Positions 1 through 10,817 of a stretch of DNA of 35,697 nt are shown here, piece after piece. The stretch comes from Macrostomum lignano (Eukaryota), in the NCBI GenBank assembly GCA_002269645.1, contig NIVC01002910.1:1-35697 (forward strand), written 5' to 3'. Position numbers and translations under genes: made by a program. Position 1 is the stretch's first letter. Every line of letters starts with the position of its first letter. The notes beneath the pieces are model-generated. The model saw only the letters and a list, made by a program, of their open reading frames with translations, searched no databases and had not been told where the DNA came from.

Positions 1-363
1 GATTCGTCCGGATCTCCTTGTTATCCTGCTCCAGATGGTCGATTTCCTCTCTGAAGTTTTTTCCAGGGTAATTTCTGGTATTAGTGTCTGCCCCCGTTAA
101 CAGCCAACGCTTTAGTTAGGCGAGCTTTATAAGGTAAAGTATAAGGTAAAGTATTAATTAAAAAACCGATAAAGATAGGCATAATTCTTATTAACAAACG
201 CGGCTTACTGTTGCCTGCGCAGCGTGTCCTGCGACTCCACAATGTATTTCCGGCGGTCATTTTCCAGTATGCGGTACTGGTTCTGCAGCCGCTCGTATTC
301 TTCCTGCAGCAGGGCGTCGTTTGACTCTTCACCGTCCTCGGCGGCGGATCTGGGGCGCGGCAT
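1..363 (-). CDS. ODAD1: 5' part of a CCDC63/CCDC114 (ODAD1/ODA-DC2) family coiled-coil outer dynein arm docking protein; exons 209..363 and <1..50; continues beyond the window
   Basis: ATG at 363 gives MPRPRSAAEDGEESNDALLQEEYERLQNQYRILENDRRKYIVESQDTLRRQ, then a GTAAG donor at 208. A TTCAG acceptor (51-55) resumes in phase 2 with QEEIDHLEQDNKEIRTN. The pattern (MPR..S..EL..LQ.QYRI.E.DR..Y..ESQ....Q..EI..LE) resembles the CCDC114/CCDC63 N-terminus as I recall it. Only about 68 residues are visible, so the paralogue cannot be resolved. Confidence 0.7.
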
Positions 364-497
364 TGTTCAAGCTCGGCTGCGCATGAAGAAGGGACGATTT
401 TGATTTGGAGTGGCGAGGTCAGGCCGGGTTTCTCGAAAATGTCCTTTCGAAATAATGTTCGAAATAATGTTCGAAAAAATGGGAATCAGAACTTTGC

Positions 498-510
498 GTC
501 ACTAAGGAAC
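498..510. promoter_or_regulatory. RFX X-box-like motif upstream of the ODAD1-like gene
   Basis: GTCACTAAGGAAC (reverse GTTCCTTAGTGAC), about 135 bp upstream of the ATG at 363. It is a loose fit to GTNRCC-N(0-3)-RGYAAC. Confidence 0.3.
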
Positions 511-525
511 CTTAGAATCAGCTGT

Positions 526-969
526 TAGGGTCAGAATGGACTCAGCTAGGGTCAGAATGGACTCAGCTAGGGTCAGAATGGACTCAGCTAGGGTCAGAAT
601 GGACTCAGCTAGGGTCAGAATGGACTCAGCTAGGGTCAGAATGGACTCAGCTAGGGTCAGAAGGGACTCAGCTAGCGTCAGAATGGACTCAGCTATAGGG
701 TCACCTTGGACTCAGCTAGGGTCAGAATGGACTCAGCTAGGGTCAGAATGGACTCAGCTAGGGTCAGAATGGACTCAGCTAGGGTCAGAATGGACTCAGC
801 TAGGGTCAGAATGGACTCAGCTAGGGTCAGAATGGACTCAGCTAGGGTCAGAATGGACTCAGCTAGGGTCAGAATGGACTCAGCTAGGGTCACCTTGGAC
901 TTAGCTAGAGTCAGAATGGTCTTAGCTAGGATCACATTGGACTCAGCTAGGGTGAGACTGGACTCAGCT
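526..969. repeat. Tandem minisatellite, 21-bp unit AGAATGGACTCAGCTAGGGTC, about 21 copies
   Basis: Directly visible. It translates as MDSARVR / WTQLGSE repeats. A variant unit GGTCACCTTGGAC occurs near 699 and 888, and the right end is degenerate. Confidence 0.97.
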
Positions 970-1387
970 GCTAAAAAGCGCATGCAAAGAAAAAAATAGA
1001 AATCTACTCCATGATTCAGACCATAAAAGGCTAAAAATTAAACATGTTTATTTTAACAAATCAAGTTATACCGAAGCATTAGGTAATACCCACAGTACAG
1101 TGCAGCCTGTTGGGTCCGGTGGGCATAAAAACTTTTCAGTACGCAAGTACAAAGGGAATGTTTAATCCGATTAAACCATTTGCGGGAGCAGAAAAAGACC
1201 ATAAATCACAAGAAAGGAGCGAATCTTTCAGCTAAAAAAATATCAATTTGAGTTCCCTATTAAGCTTTTGAATTTATAAAAAATTTCAATTACAGATCGA
1301 GACGGGTTTGCAAATCAGGTAGTACATAAGAATTAGAGAGCGCGTAACAATATGTATTTGTATATATAATTAAACAAAGCAAGTGAG

Positions 1388-4247
1388 TCAGGGGAGAACG
1401 GGCGCAGGGGCACCGGCCCGCCTGGCAGCGTAAGCAGCGCGCAACTCAAGGAAACAAAGCAACAGCAATTCTCTCAGATTGAAAGCTTAAGAGAGTCTAA
1501 TGGAGCAGGTGAGACTACTCTGCCTCACTTTGTGGTGATTCGCACGTTTCGCAGCTCGAGCTCGCGGGCCTGCATCTTCTCCGATGCGCCGCTAATAGAG
1601 TGGAAGTAGTTGGTGGCCAGAACGTGCTTCTGCTTGACGCGGTGGATCAGCATGTTGCCATAGGCCTTTGACAAGTCTCCGACTGCTTCATGCGCATCGG
1701 CTTCGTCCTTGGTGAGCAGCACGCAGTTGCTGGGACTCCACGGCTTGTTGACGTCCCAGCGGACGAGCTCCAGGTCAGCGATGTCGTCCCAGCAGCTGAG
1801 GATGGACTGGCCCTCCCAGATGTTGTTCACCAGGTGTTTCAGGTCGGCCTCCTCGATAAGCAGCGCCTGGCCGCCCTCCTTCTTGCGCAGCAGCCACAGC
1901 ATACGCTTGAAGGCCGACTGATCTTCGCGGGCGCGGGCGACGTTGTCCTTGGCGAGGCATCGGCGGCACTTGCCAATCTTATCAGACTTAACGCCCAGTG
2001 GAAACTCTGTACTCTTGAGGTAGCGGCCGCAGGAGGAGCAGTAATGAACATTGTGGCGCAGCTGCGCCGGGTCCTGGGGCACAGCGAGCAGGTCTGCGAT
2101 CTCAGGGTTGAAGGTCGGCGTCTTGCAGTACTGCAGGAACAGCGTGCTGATGCGCTTCCGCAGGCCGGACAGCTTGTCCTCCGCCACTCCGCGGATCAGC
2201 AGGTCGGCCTCGCGGTCGATCAGCTCGATGAGGTCCCGCGTCAGTTTGCACTCGTGCTCCTTCACCGTGTGCTTCAGCGTGAGCAAAACGTCCAACCGCT
2301 CATCCTGCGTGAGGTACTTCATCTGCAGGCTGTTGTAGATCCCTAGTAGCTCGCGGCCTCGCAGGGTGAACGGCGTGTCCATCTCCAAAGTTTGCCCTCC
2401 CCGTTGCGCCATTTCTTGGGCGCGGCCGCCTTCTTTAGGAGGCTCTGCACGGCCTTCTCCTTGTTCTCCTTGCTGGAGTCGAGCTGGTGCCGGTCCACGG
2501 CAGCAATCAGCTCCGTCTCCTGGTCCAGCAGCTGGCACAAGGCCGCCTTCCGTTCAGCGCCCGTCAGAGTGGCGTTGATGCGGTCTAGCTCCTCGCGGCG
2601 CCACTGCTCAGGGTGCTGTGGGTGGGAAATATATCGCAAAATTTAAATGATTCATTCAAACCAGAGTACTCGTAAATAAACTGCATTAAAAATTTCAAAT
2701 AGACTCTCGTACCTGTACAAAAGTTCGAAGTCTTCCTTAGTCTTCGGGTTCATGCGCCGCTCGAACTCCCGCCTGGTTCGGTCTTCCTTCTCCTTCCGCT
2801 TGCGCACCTCCTCCTGGCGCTCCCACTCCAGCCGCGTGTCCCGCTCCTGCTTGAGCCGGCTGACGTACTGCTTGGCTAGCCAGCGTCGGTAGTAGGTCTG
2901 CACGGTGACAATTTTGCTCAGCATTCGCTTCTGGTACTCGTCCGCATTCTCGTATCGGCCTGGCACAACCAGCTTATCCTCGGCGGTGCTCACGTAGACG
3001 CCAGGCTTCGTCATCTGCGTGCTGGTGGCGTTGCTGGTCTGCTGCGTCTGGTGCTTTGACTCCACAGTCTGTGTGTCCCGGTTGAACACCGGCACCAGGC
3101 TGGGCGGCTTCGGCTTCGGGTTCGTCTGCGTCTGCGCATGGTGGTACTCGACTCCCGACCGTTTGTGCCGGTAGCCACCGAGGAAAGGCTTGCGTCTTAG
3201 CTGCCTATCAATCTCCACGTTCACCTCCTTGGTTGAACTGTCTAGTCCCGGCACGCGGACCGTGATGACGTCACCGCCGCCAGCTCCGGCGCCGCGTCTC
3301 GCCTCTGCGGAGGCTGGAAGTCGCAGCGGCCGACCGTCCGGACTTCCGCACTCGACCTCGAAGGCGATAGTTTCGTTTGCATCAACTCCGAAGTCGGCCA
3401 CTGCGAAGTGATCAGCGACCGGCTTGCCATTGAATAGCACCTGGAGCTCCGTGGGATCACGCCGTGTCTCGGCTGAGACGTGGGCTTTCACCTGACCGAT
3501 GGTGCTCAGCAGCGGCATGGCAACTGTCAGCACCTGATTGGAGGCCGGCAGCACAAGTCGAAGTGTTGCCAGCTGCTGCAGGTTTGCCTGAGTGGGCGCT
3601 GGCGCAAGTGGCTCCGGCCCGGGCTCCCCTTGCTCCTGGCCTGTCTGATTCTCCTTTTCCTCGGATTCCTGCGCCCCATCCTCTTCGACCTCCTGCATTC
3701 CCGCTGCTGCCTCTGCCTCATCTTTCTGGCGCTCAGTTTCAGCGCCACCGTCCTCTTCTACAGCAGCTTCCTTCTGCTCCACCTCTTCCGACTCTTCTTG
3801 CGTTTCACCTTCAACATCGTTCTGAGACTCAGTTGCCTGTTCCCCGCCTTCCTCTTTGTTCTCTTCATCACCCAGACCGCCGCCGATTTGCTTCGCAGGC
3901 GCACTACCAACTTTTCGCTTATCTGATGCTGTCGCTTCAGCCTCCGCCTCCTCTGCAGGCTCCGCCGAGTCCTTCACCCCCTTCTCCACCATCTGATCGG
4001 CCGGCTCTTCCGCCGCCTTTTCGGCAGCTTCATCCGCCTCTTTCTCCACCGCCTCATCTCCAGCCTCATCCGCAACTCTCTCCGCCGCTTCATTGGAAGG
4101 CTCTTCTGCAGTCTCATCTGCAGGCTTCTCCTGACCCTCAGCTTCCGCACCAGCATCGGGTTCGGGTTCAGCCGGCTGGTCGACTGTTTCTTGCGACTCC
4201 GGCTCGGGCTGCTCGTCCACCTCGGCAGACTCGTCTTTTTCCGACAT
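1388..4247 (-). CDS. IQUB: IQ motif and ubiquitin-like domain-containing protein (IQUB / FAP253, radial spoke); exons 2713..4247, 1546..2615 and probable last exon 1388..1444 (or stop at 1525 if unspliced); two 1-bp frameshifts near 2609 and 2391
   Basis: Acidic N-terminus, then a ubiquitin-like segment (TLRLVLP...QVLFNGKPVAD...). Family motifs: KPFLGGYRHKRSGVEYHHAQTQT, IQ motif IVTVQTYYRRWLAKQYV, RRMNPKTKEDFELLY, QWRREEL...ERKAALCQLL, QDERLDVLLTLKHTVKEHECKLT, VRWDVNKPWSPSNCVLLTKDEA. GTACG donor at 2712 and CACAG acceptor at 2616. The frame is restored only by adding one base at each of two sites. Confidence 0.93.
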
Positions 4248-5580
4248 TTTTGTGCATGCATTCAAAATAGATTCGCAATTATCAATAATTGGTTCAAATA
4301 CTAGAAATAATACACGATGATATAATCCTATTCGTCTAACAGACAAAAATCTGAGATTAGTTTAGAGAATCTAAGCTTAAAAAATCCAGGCCACTTATTT
4401 TATTCTGCTTATCTGTAGAATTTACAATATCTTTTTGTAATGCTGTATAATTTTTTATTATTTTAATGCATAATAGTAAAATTAACAAAAAACCAAAGTG
4501 ATACTTTTCTTATCGAGCAAGCAGTCATCAATTTTCTGATTGGTATGAAAAAATCAATTTAATTCGAGCACTAACTTAGACTCGCCAGACAACACTAGCC
4601 AAAGCAAATCTTTCTGGAATATTGAAGTTACACTTGTAGAAACATGAAATTAGTATTAAATATTTTTGATAGAATAATTTGGACTCAAATATACTTTTTA
4701 AGAGTTTGTAAGCAAAAGCTTTCAAACTATTTAATAAAAATTATTTATATTATTCTATGATATTTCACACAAGCTATATTGACTTTATACTACAAACAAA
4801 ATGTGAAGATGATATAGATTCAAGTTTAATATTGTTCAGACAATAATATTCATTAATTCTGTATTTAGAGAACTAATATAAATCTATGATTTCACAGACA
4901 ATTAAAGTAGTTTCGAAGAATTTATAAAATATCTAAAAGCATGCCACACAAGTCATAAGCACAAAAATGTCATGAGCAATTAGTGCATTTTTTATTCCTT
5001 ATTGATAGTACTAAATCATAAAGAATTTCGATGGTCATGGATCTCAGGATAATTTATTTCTTTTTAGTACAATAAAACACTTAATATTCAGAGCCGCTGC
5101 ATGTGCCACCAGAAAGGAAAATAAATGATGCATCACTACTCTACTGTTTGACAAAAATGAAACACATAGTTGAAAAATTACTTGCGCAAAGTAAGAAGTT
5201 ACCAGTGTTAGTAATGAGTTCTAAATTTTGTAAAAGTCACGAAATACCATAGCGTCAACAAAGTAAACGGATATCCAAACTATAAAATGATCGTGCTAAA
5301 AACCTTAATCGTAAGAGTGAAACTGAACTAATTTTTTAAGAATAATCTGATACAATACAAGTTACTCTGCAATTCAAAACTCCCTTACAAACTGTTTCCT
5401 GAGGAACAATCTTTTAACAGCATAGAATGTTTACAGCTTACACTGGAAAAAAATAAAACGTTATTGCTCCTGTTTCTCTACATTTTTTAGATGTAGAAAC
5501 GATTCTTAGGATAATCTCGCTGGAGTGTTTTGTTTTACGTCTATTTTTAAAAACCCGTAATCAATTTTTAGTTGACGTGA

Positions 5581-5595
5581 ATTGCTACTGGCAAC
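5581..5595. promoter_or_regulatory. RFX X-box-like motif upstream of IQUB
   Basis: ATTGCTACTGGCAAC (reverse GTTGCCAGTAGCAAT) has one terminal mismatch to GTNRCC-N3-RGYAAC. It lies about 1.3 kb upstream of the IQUB ATG. Confidence 0.35.
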
Positions 5596-5679
5596 TTTTA
5601 CAATTCTGCAATCTGTAGTTCGAATAAGAGCCAAATGTAGCTATGTGAAAATTGCAACCGAAAACCGTAGGTGTATGAA

Positions 5680-5743
5680 TTGCCAGCAGCTGTAGGTTCG
5701 CATGAGTTGGCGCTGGCGCAAGTGGCTCCGGCCTGGGCTCCCC
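5680..5743 (-). repeat. 64-bp dispersed copy of IQUB coding sequence 3566..3629
   Basis: 58/64 identical by manual alignment, same orientation, no indels (EPRPEPLAPAPTHANLQLLA vs EPGPEPLAPAPTQANLQQLA). Confidence 0.9.
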
Positions 5744-5940
5744 AATTTGAATAGCAAAGTCGAAAAGCAAATATTTCATCCCTGAAGTCCAAAACAGTTA
5801 CACATGAAAAAATCTATTGATTTTGTGCATTTTTGGCTTTAAAAAATCACTAGAAAAGAAAAAAGTTTCTCACATTTTTGTCTGTTATTGGCTAGAAGCA
5901 ATTAGTATCCTAATAAATCACGAGACATGGTCGTTTGTAC

Positions 5941-8410
5941 TCATTCATGTATAGACTCCTCTCCCCCGCATTGTGCAGGTTGTTGTCTTTGAATGTCCAC
6001 GAGGAGGTCAAGCTCATTTGGCCCTGGTGGCTCAGAATTTGGCCGCAGAGACGTTGGTACAAGCGCCTGCTGATTCCAGGTGCTGCCGTCCGTTAGCCTA
6101 CACACGGCGTTCGTTGTCTTCACGATCTGTAGTGGTCCAGAGAGCCGCGTCCCCAGCTTCCCATTTCGCACTGGACGACGCACTCGAACCCAGTCACCGG
6201 CGCACAATGTTGGTGGTCGCGCCTTCCGCCGCCGGTCGGTATAAGCTGCCGTTCGCTGCTGTCTCTCCCAAATTCGCTGGGCGATATCTGGTCGTGCCGC
6301 CGTAGTGTCCTTAGACGGAGCCAGTAAAGACAGTGCAGTGCGCCAACGTCTTCCTAGCATCAGCTCCGCTGGACTCTTGCCAGTCAGCGCGTGCGGCGTA
6401 CTGCGGTAGGTCTCAAGGAATTGCAGCAACGCGTCTTGCATGGGGAAATTCTCTGCCCTGGCCGCTCGTATGCTGTCTACCAGAGTCCGGTTGAGCCTCT
6501 CCGTCTGACCGTTCGTGCTCGGACGGTACGGGCTGGTCTTCTGGTGCTGGATGCCGCGCTCCCGCAGGAACCCCGTCAGCGCATTGCCGAACTGCGGTCC
6601 GTTGTCGGTAAGCACCGTCTCGCAGAGGCCGATGTCCCGTACCGCTGGGTCCCAACAGTAGCTGACGTAGCGCTTGATGGTCTGTTCGCAGCTCAAAGTG
6701 ACGCCCATATAGGTAGTAGTGCCACTTCTCCATGGCCCACAGACTGGCCAATGCCTCCCGCTCATTTGCAGCGTATCGCTTCTCGGTGTCGGTCAAGGCT
6801 CGGGCGGCAAAGGCGATTGGACGCTCGACGCCGTCTTGGACCTGGGATAGCTGTGCACCGAGAGAATCCGCACTAGCGTCGCTGGTGACAATCGTCTCGG
6901 CCTCTGGGTCAAAATGCGCCAGGATCGGTGGATTACAGATTGCTGCTTTAGCTCTTGGAATGCTCTTTCGCAGTCCGTCGACCACTCGAACTCCGCATCC
7001 TCCTTCAGTAGGGCCCTCAGAGGCGCTGTGACTTCAGCAAAATTGGATACAAAGCGCGTCAGGTAGTTTGCAGATCTTAGGAACGCCTGCAGCTCCTTCC
7101 GGTTAGACGGTGAGCGCAACTGGCTGAATGCCTTGGTCTGGGACTCTGAAGGTCGCATACCGTCGGCTGAGAAGATGAAGCCGAAAAATTCTACCTCCGT
7201 CTTGCGCAGCAGGCATTTGTCCTTATTGGCCGTTAGGCCAGCGTCGTTCATACGCCCTAATAGCGCTCGCAGTCTTGAATCATGTTCAGTCATGTTTGCT
7301 CCGAAAACAATGAAATCGTCCAGAATATGTTCGACACCGTGAAGTCCGGCTACTAAGTCGTCCTTTGGAATCATCCTTTGGAAGGCTGCTGGCGCTGACG
7401 CTAAGCCGAACGGCACTCTGCAATACCGATACAACCCCTGGTGCGTGATGAACGCTGTCAAGTCACGCGATGCCTCATGCAACTGCATCTGCATGTAGCC
7501 AGCTTTGAGATCGATCTTTGAAAATACGTGGCCACTTGCTGCCTTGATCTTTGCCGAAATCTCGTCCAGCTGAGGCATCGGATGTCGATCGATTACGAGC
7601 GACTTATTCGGCTCTCGCACGTCGATGCAGATTCGAATGTTGCCGTCTTTCTTGTTTGCGACAACCAGGTTGGATATCCACGGGCTGGAGTTTATTCGTT
7701 CAATGATGCCCGCTGCCTCCATGCGGTCAAGTTCATTGCCTACTTTCTGTTGCTTTGCAAGTGGAAGGCGGCGTAGCGGCTGCTGCACTGGTAGCACAGC
7801 TGCATTTACTCTCGGCTTGTGCACCGCCCCTTTGCAGAGTCCGATTAGACCACTGAAAACCGCTGGGAACTCCTCCGCTATGTCTACACTGGCGATACTA
7901 TTTTCAACCTCCGGAGGCTGCAGTTGTACCCGGAATCCCAGCTTTTCCATTAGGTCACGGCCAATGGTGTTTTCGCCCGACCTCGAGATATAGAAATCGT
8001 GATGCAGCTCCCGACTTTCGTGCTTGACGGCAACCTTTGCAATCCCAGCCAGTGAGATCTGCTTTCCGCCGTAAGCTTTTAGCTGCATTGCTGAAGGTCT
8101 TAGCTCCAAGTTGTCTAGAGTCTTTGCTTTGGCTTCGCAGAGCAGGGACACCTTGGCCCCGCAGTCGACCATCAGGTTGACAATCTTCCGGCTGCCACCC
8201 AGTTGTAACGCGACTCTGATCTCGCCATTGCCGTGCACCGAGTAAATCGTAACCGTGTCCTCTGTGCTGACCTGCAGAGCCTTGCTGCGGCAGCATCGAC
8301 TGAAGTGATTGAGCTTGCCGCAGTTGTTGCACTTCTTGCCATGAGCGGGACATTTCGCTTTCGCATCATGGCTACGGCCGCATCGCAGACAGGACCCTCC
8401 GGCTTCAAGC
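5941..8410 (-). mobile_element. Decayed Ty3/gypsy LTR retrotransposon internal region (gag zinc knuckle, PR, RT, RNase H, partial integrase); frameshifted, internally deleted, no LTRs recognised
   Basis: CCHC-type knuckle CLRCGRSH...CPAHGKKCNNCGKLNHFSRCC; protease LMVDCGAKVSLL; RT motifs SPWISNLVVANKKDGNIRICID, FSKIDLKAGYMQM, PFGLASAPAAFQ, ILDD; RNase H IVTSDAS...ERPIAFAARALTDTEKRYAANEREALA...LRTDHQAL; integrase LTDNGPQF...SPYRPSTNGQTERLNRTL. The order PR-RT-RH-INT is gypsy-type. A purine tract GGGGGAGAGGAG (5956..5967) could be the PPT. Confidence 0.93.
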
Positions 8411-9392
8411 CCGTGCAACCCGTCAGTCACTCCCAGATGCGCCGCGGCAATGTTCTCGCACTCAAGCTGGTAGACAGGAAGGCAAGCGGTCGCAAAACTG
8501 TGTACTTGTTGGACACGCACGGTGTTGCTGAAAGCACGGAAGTGAGGCGAGTGATCCGAGGCGGAGCGGAGGAGTCAGTTTTAAAACCGAATTTGGTGCT
8601 GCAGTACAATAAGAACATGGGAGGCGTTGATCGCCTTGATGCAGCACTGCAGCCTTACAGTGCGGGGAGAAGAACATACAGATGGCACCAGAAGCTCGGG
8701 TTCCACATTTTGCTGCAGTTGGTCCGCAATGCCTGGATCTGCAATTGCCAAGGAGGAAGCGATATCAAATTCGTTGAATTTTTGGAAGCTGCGATCCGTA
8801 CTCTCATGGAGCAGACAGGCCGGGGCAAACGTCTGAATACATCGAAGCGCAAGGCCATCTCACAGCACGCGCCATCGAAGCTGCCGCCGACAGATGCCAA
8901 TGCGAGGCCGACAAAGCGATGCAGAGTCTGCTACAGCAATGGTGTGGCCAAAAGAACGGTGTTCGTATGCACTGGTTGCCCAGGAGAGCCCGGGCTGTGT
9001 GCTGTACCATGCTTTCAGAATTGGCACACTGCAGCAGCACAGTAGTTGCACTGGTGGTACGGTGCAAAACTTAATTACGTTCAGAATACGAAATTCAAAA
9101 CGCTCCTCCTAAATGCCTCATCGATGTTTTAAATATTGTTTACCTAATTGTTTTTTGTTCTGTTGTTGTCCGTTTTTAAAGTTTTTGTTATCTATCCTGT
9201 ACTTGCAGTCAAATATAGTTAAAAAATTGCGAAAAAATAACATGGTACGCACAGCATGCCATCCGTGACTTATGGGGATGTCGAAAAGTCATATTTATGC
9301 TAAACCATCTGGGCCATAGACACGTATTCTCAGTGTATGGTTAAATGAGACCCATGGCACGCCTGGCGTGCCATCAGTGTTGGCGGGGTTAA
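8410..9392 (+). mobile_element. 3' half of a piggyBac (PGBD4-like) DNA transposon, with transposase C-terminus and right end GGGG-TTAA
   Basis: RRGNVLALKLVD...YLLDT, KPNLVLQYNKNMGGVDRLD (third catalytic D), RWHQKLGFHILL, and C-terminal cysteine-rich domain RCRVC...FVCTGCPGEPGLCAVPCFQNWH, stop at 9045. GGGG followed by TTAA at 9385..9392. The 5' boundary is approximate. Confidence 0.88.
9354..9392 (+). repeat. Putative piggyBac right terminus with 21-bp interrupted palindrome and TTAA target
   Basis: ATGGCACGC-CTG-GCGTGCCAT at 9354..9374, then CAGTGTTGGCGGGG|TTAA. A degenerate copy ATGGTACGC-ACA-GCATGCCAT lies near 9242..9262. Confidence 0.65.
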
Positions 9393-10065
9393 ATGATAAG
9401 TGTTATTTTATTTGGTTTATTTCATTCTGAATCTCTTTAAGCCTAAAACCATCTCCAACGACTTGATAGAAACTTCCGCATGCGAGGAATCGGAGCGATT
9501 ACTCAGTAATTGCTCTCGCACAGTCAGCGATCCTTGTAGAAAATTTATAGTTTTGCAGCCCCAACAGACGCGTTAGTTTAGAAGAGTTTTTTTCGGCATG
9601 CACGACCGATGTCATACTCGGCCTCAACCATGCCATTAGTAGAACGTACTTACTATCGCTCTCCTGAATAATACGACTTCAATACGCTCGGCTAATGGAT
9701 TTCCTGTCCGGATCATGCTAGTTTGGGCAAGCAAATAATCTGACATCAATGACTGCATCAAAATCTTTGTCGGAAAACCAGCTTGAATGCATTTATAGCA
9801 GTTGCTAGTGTATGCAGACCTGAATATGCAGCTCATTTATTTAGATATTTGATTCTATCTGCAGTATTTGATCTTTGATATTTGCGTGGCTAGTGAATAT
9901 TTTCCTAGCTGAATCTACTCCGTACTCTACTTGATTGATGTAATTTCCCCACGCCAGACACTGTAAGTACGCAGAGAACTGCAAAAATGGAGAGGAAGAT
10001 AGCGAGACGCCTAGAGTCCCCCGCTAAGCATTCACAGCTATCAGGTGTGAGGAGGACGCAACGCT

Positions 10066-10079
10066 GTTGCTTAGGCAAC
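10066..10079. promoter_or_regulatory. RFX X-box motif upstream of the ITPR-like gene
   Basis: GTTGCTTAGGCAAC, with perfect inverted GTTGC/GCAAC half-sites in a 14-bp X-box layout, about 740 bp upstream of the ATG at 10818. Confidence 0.5.
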
Positions 10080-10817
10080 TCAGAGAGGCCTTGAAAGGAT
10101 TTTGGAAGCTACAGTAGGCTGGGAGCATACGATACAGTATGAGAATATTTAATCGCACGAGGGGAGCCCGTGTGACGGAAAAACAATAGCATGAAAAAGG
10201 ATGTGGCGAGAGGGAGATCGCAACTCCCAGTGTGCGCTGTCAGTGGTTATGCTCAGCTCTCGCTCCGCCCTCGCATTCGCCTCCAGGCGGTTCTGCACTC
10301 CAGTCTACAGAGCAATGAGCTGAGGAAGCAGCCTATGACAGGTCTCAGGCAGGTGGCAGCCAATCCGTGGCCATTTCTGCCCCAGATCGCTGCTGCGGAC
10401 CCGCTCCTCAACCGCACTCAGTTGCTACGAGAGGAGAGAGAGAAAGAAGCGAGCATACCTCACCGGCGACTCACGCAGAGCTGTGTGGGATGACCCGCAG
10501 CCAAATTTCTGTTCCAAAACCGTCGCATCTGTTCATCCCAGTAGCGATCCCCAATTCTTCTCCTACTGCTCCATTAGGCCTGCCACTCTCGCGCTCCTTC
10601 CCCGTACACGCTGAATAAGTACACCATTTCCCCATAGCTACGCATCCCGATAGCTTTTAGTCTCGTGTTGTTGAGCCCCCTGGCCCAACAACCCACTAGT
10701 AAATTTTCGGAGCAGCCGACAGGTTCAGAGAGGTTTATAGCCACATCATCGGTCGATATTGATCAGATCCAAGGCACAGTCGACCAGCACTAGTCAGGCG
10801 TCGGCCAGCCGGTGAAA

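Noticed and set aside
536-999. ORFs of MDSARVR / LTLAESI repeats
   Set aside because: They are translations of a 21-bp tandem array. The unit is a multiple of 3 with stop-free frames, and there is no coding context.
1690-4270. Plus-strand ORFs 1690..2346, 3464..4270 and 3480..3926
   Set aside because: They are antisense shadows of GC-rich IQUB coding sequence with no recognisable motifs.
8233-9045. 270-aa ORF as a domesticated or novel fusion gene
   Set aside because: The first 60 or so residues are antisense gag sequence. The rest is a truncated transposase lacking two catalytic Asp, and there is no promoter or splice evidence.
10191-10618. Short ORFs upstream of the ITPR start
   Set aside because: No domain similarity or convincing splice link; probably promoter or 5' UTR sequence.
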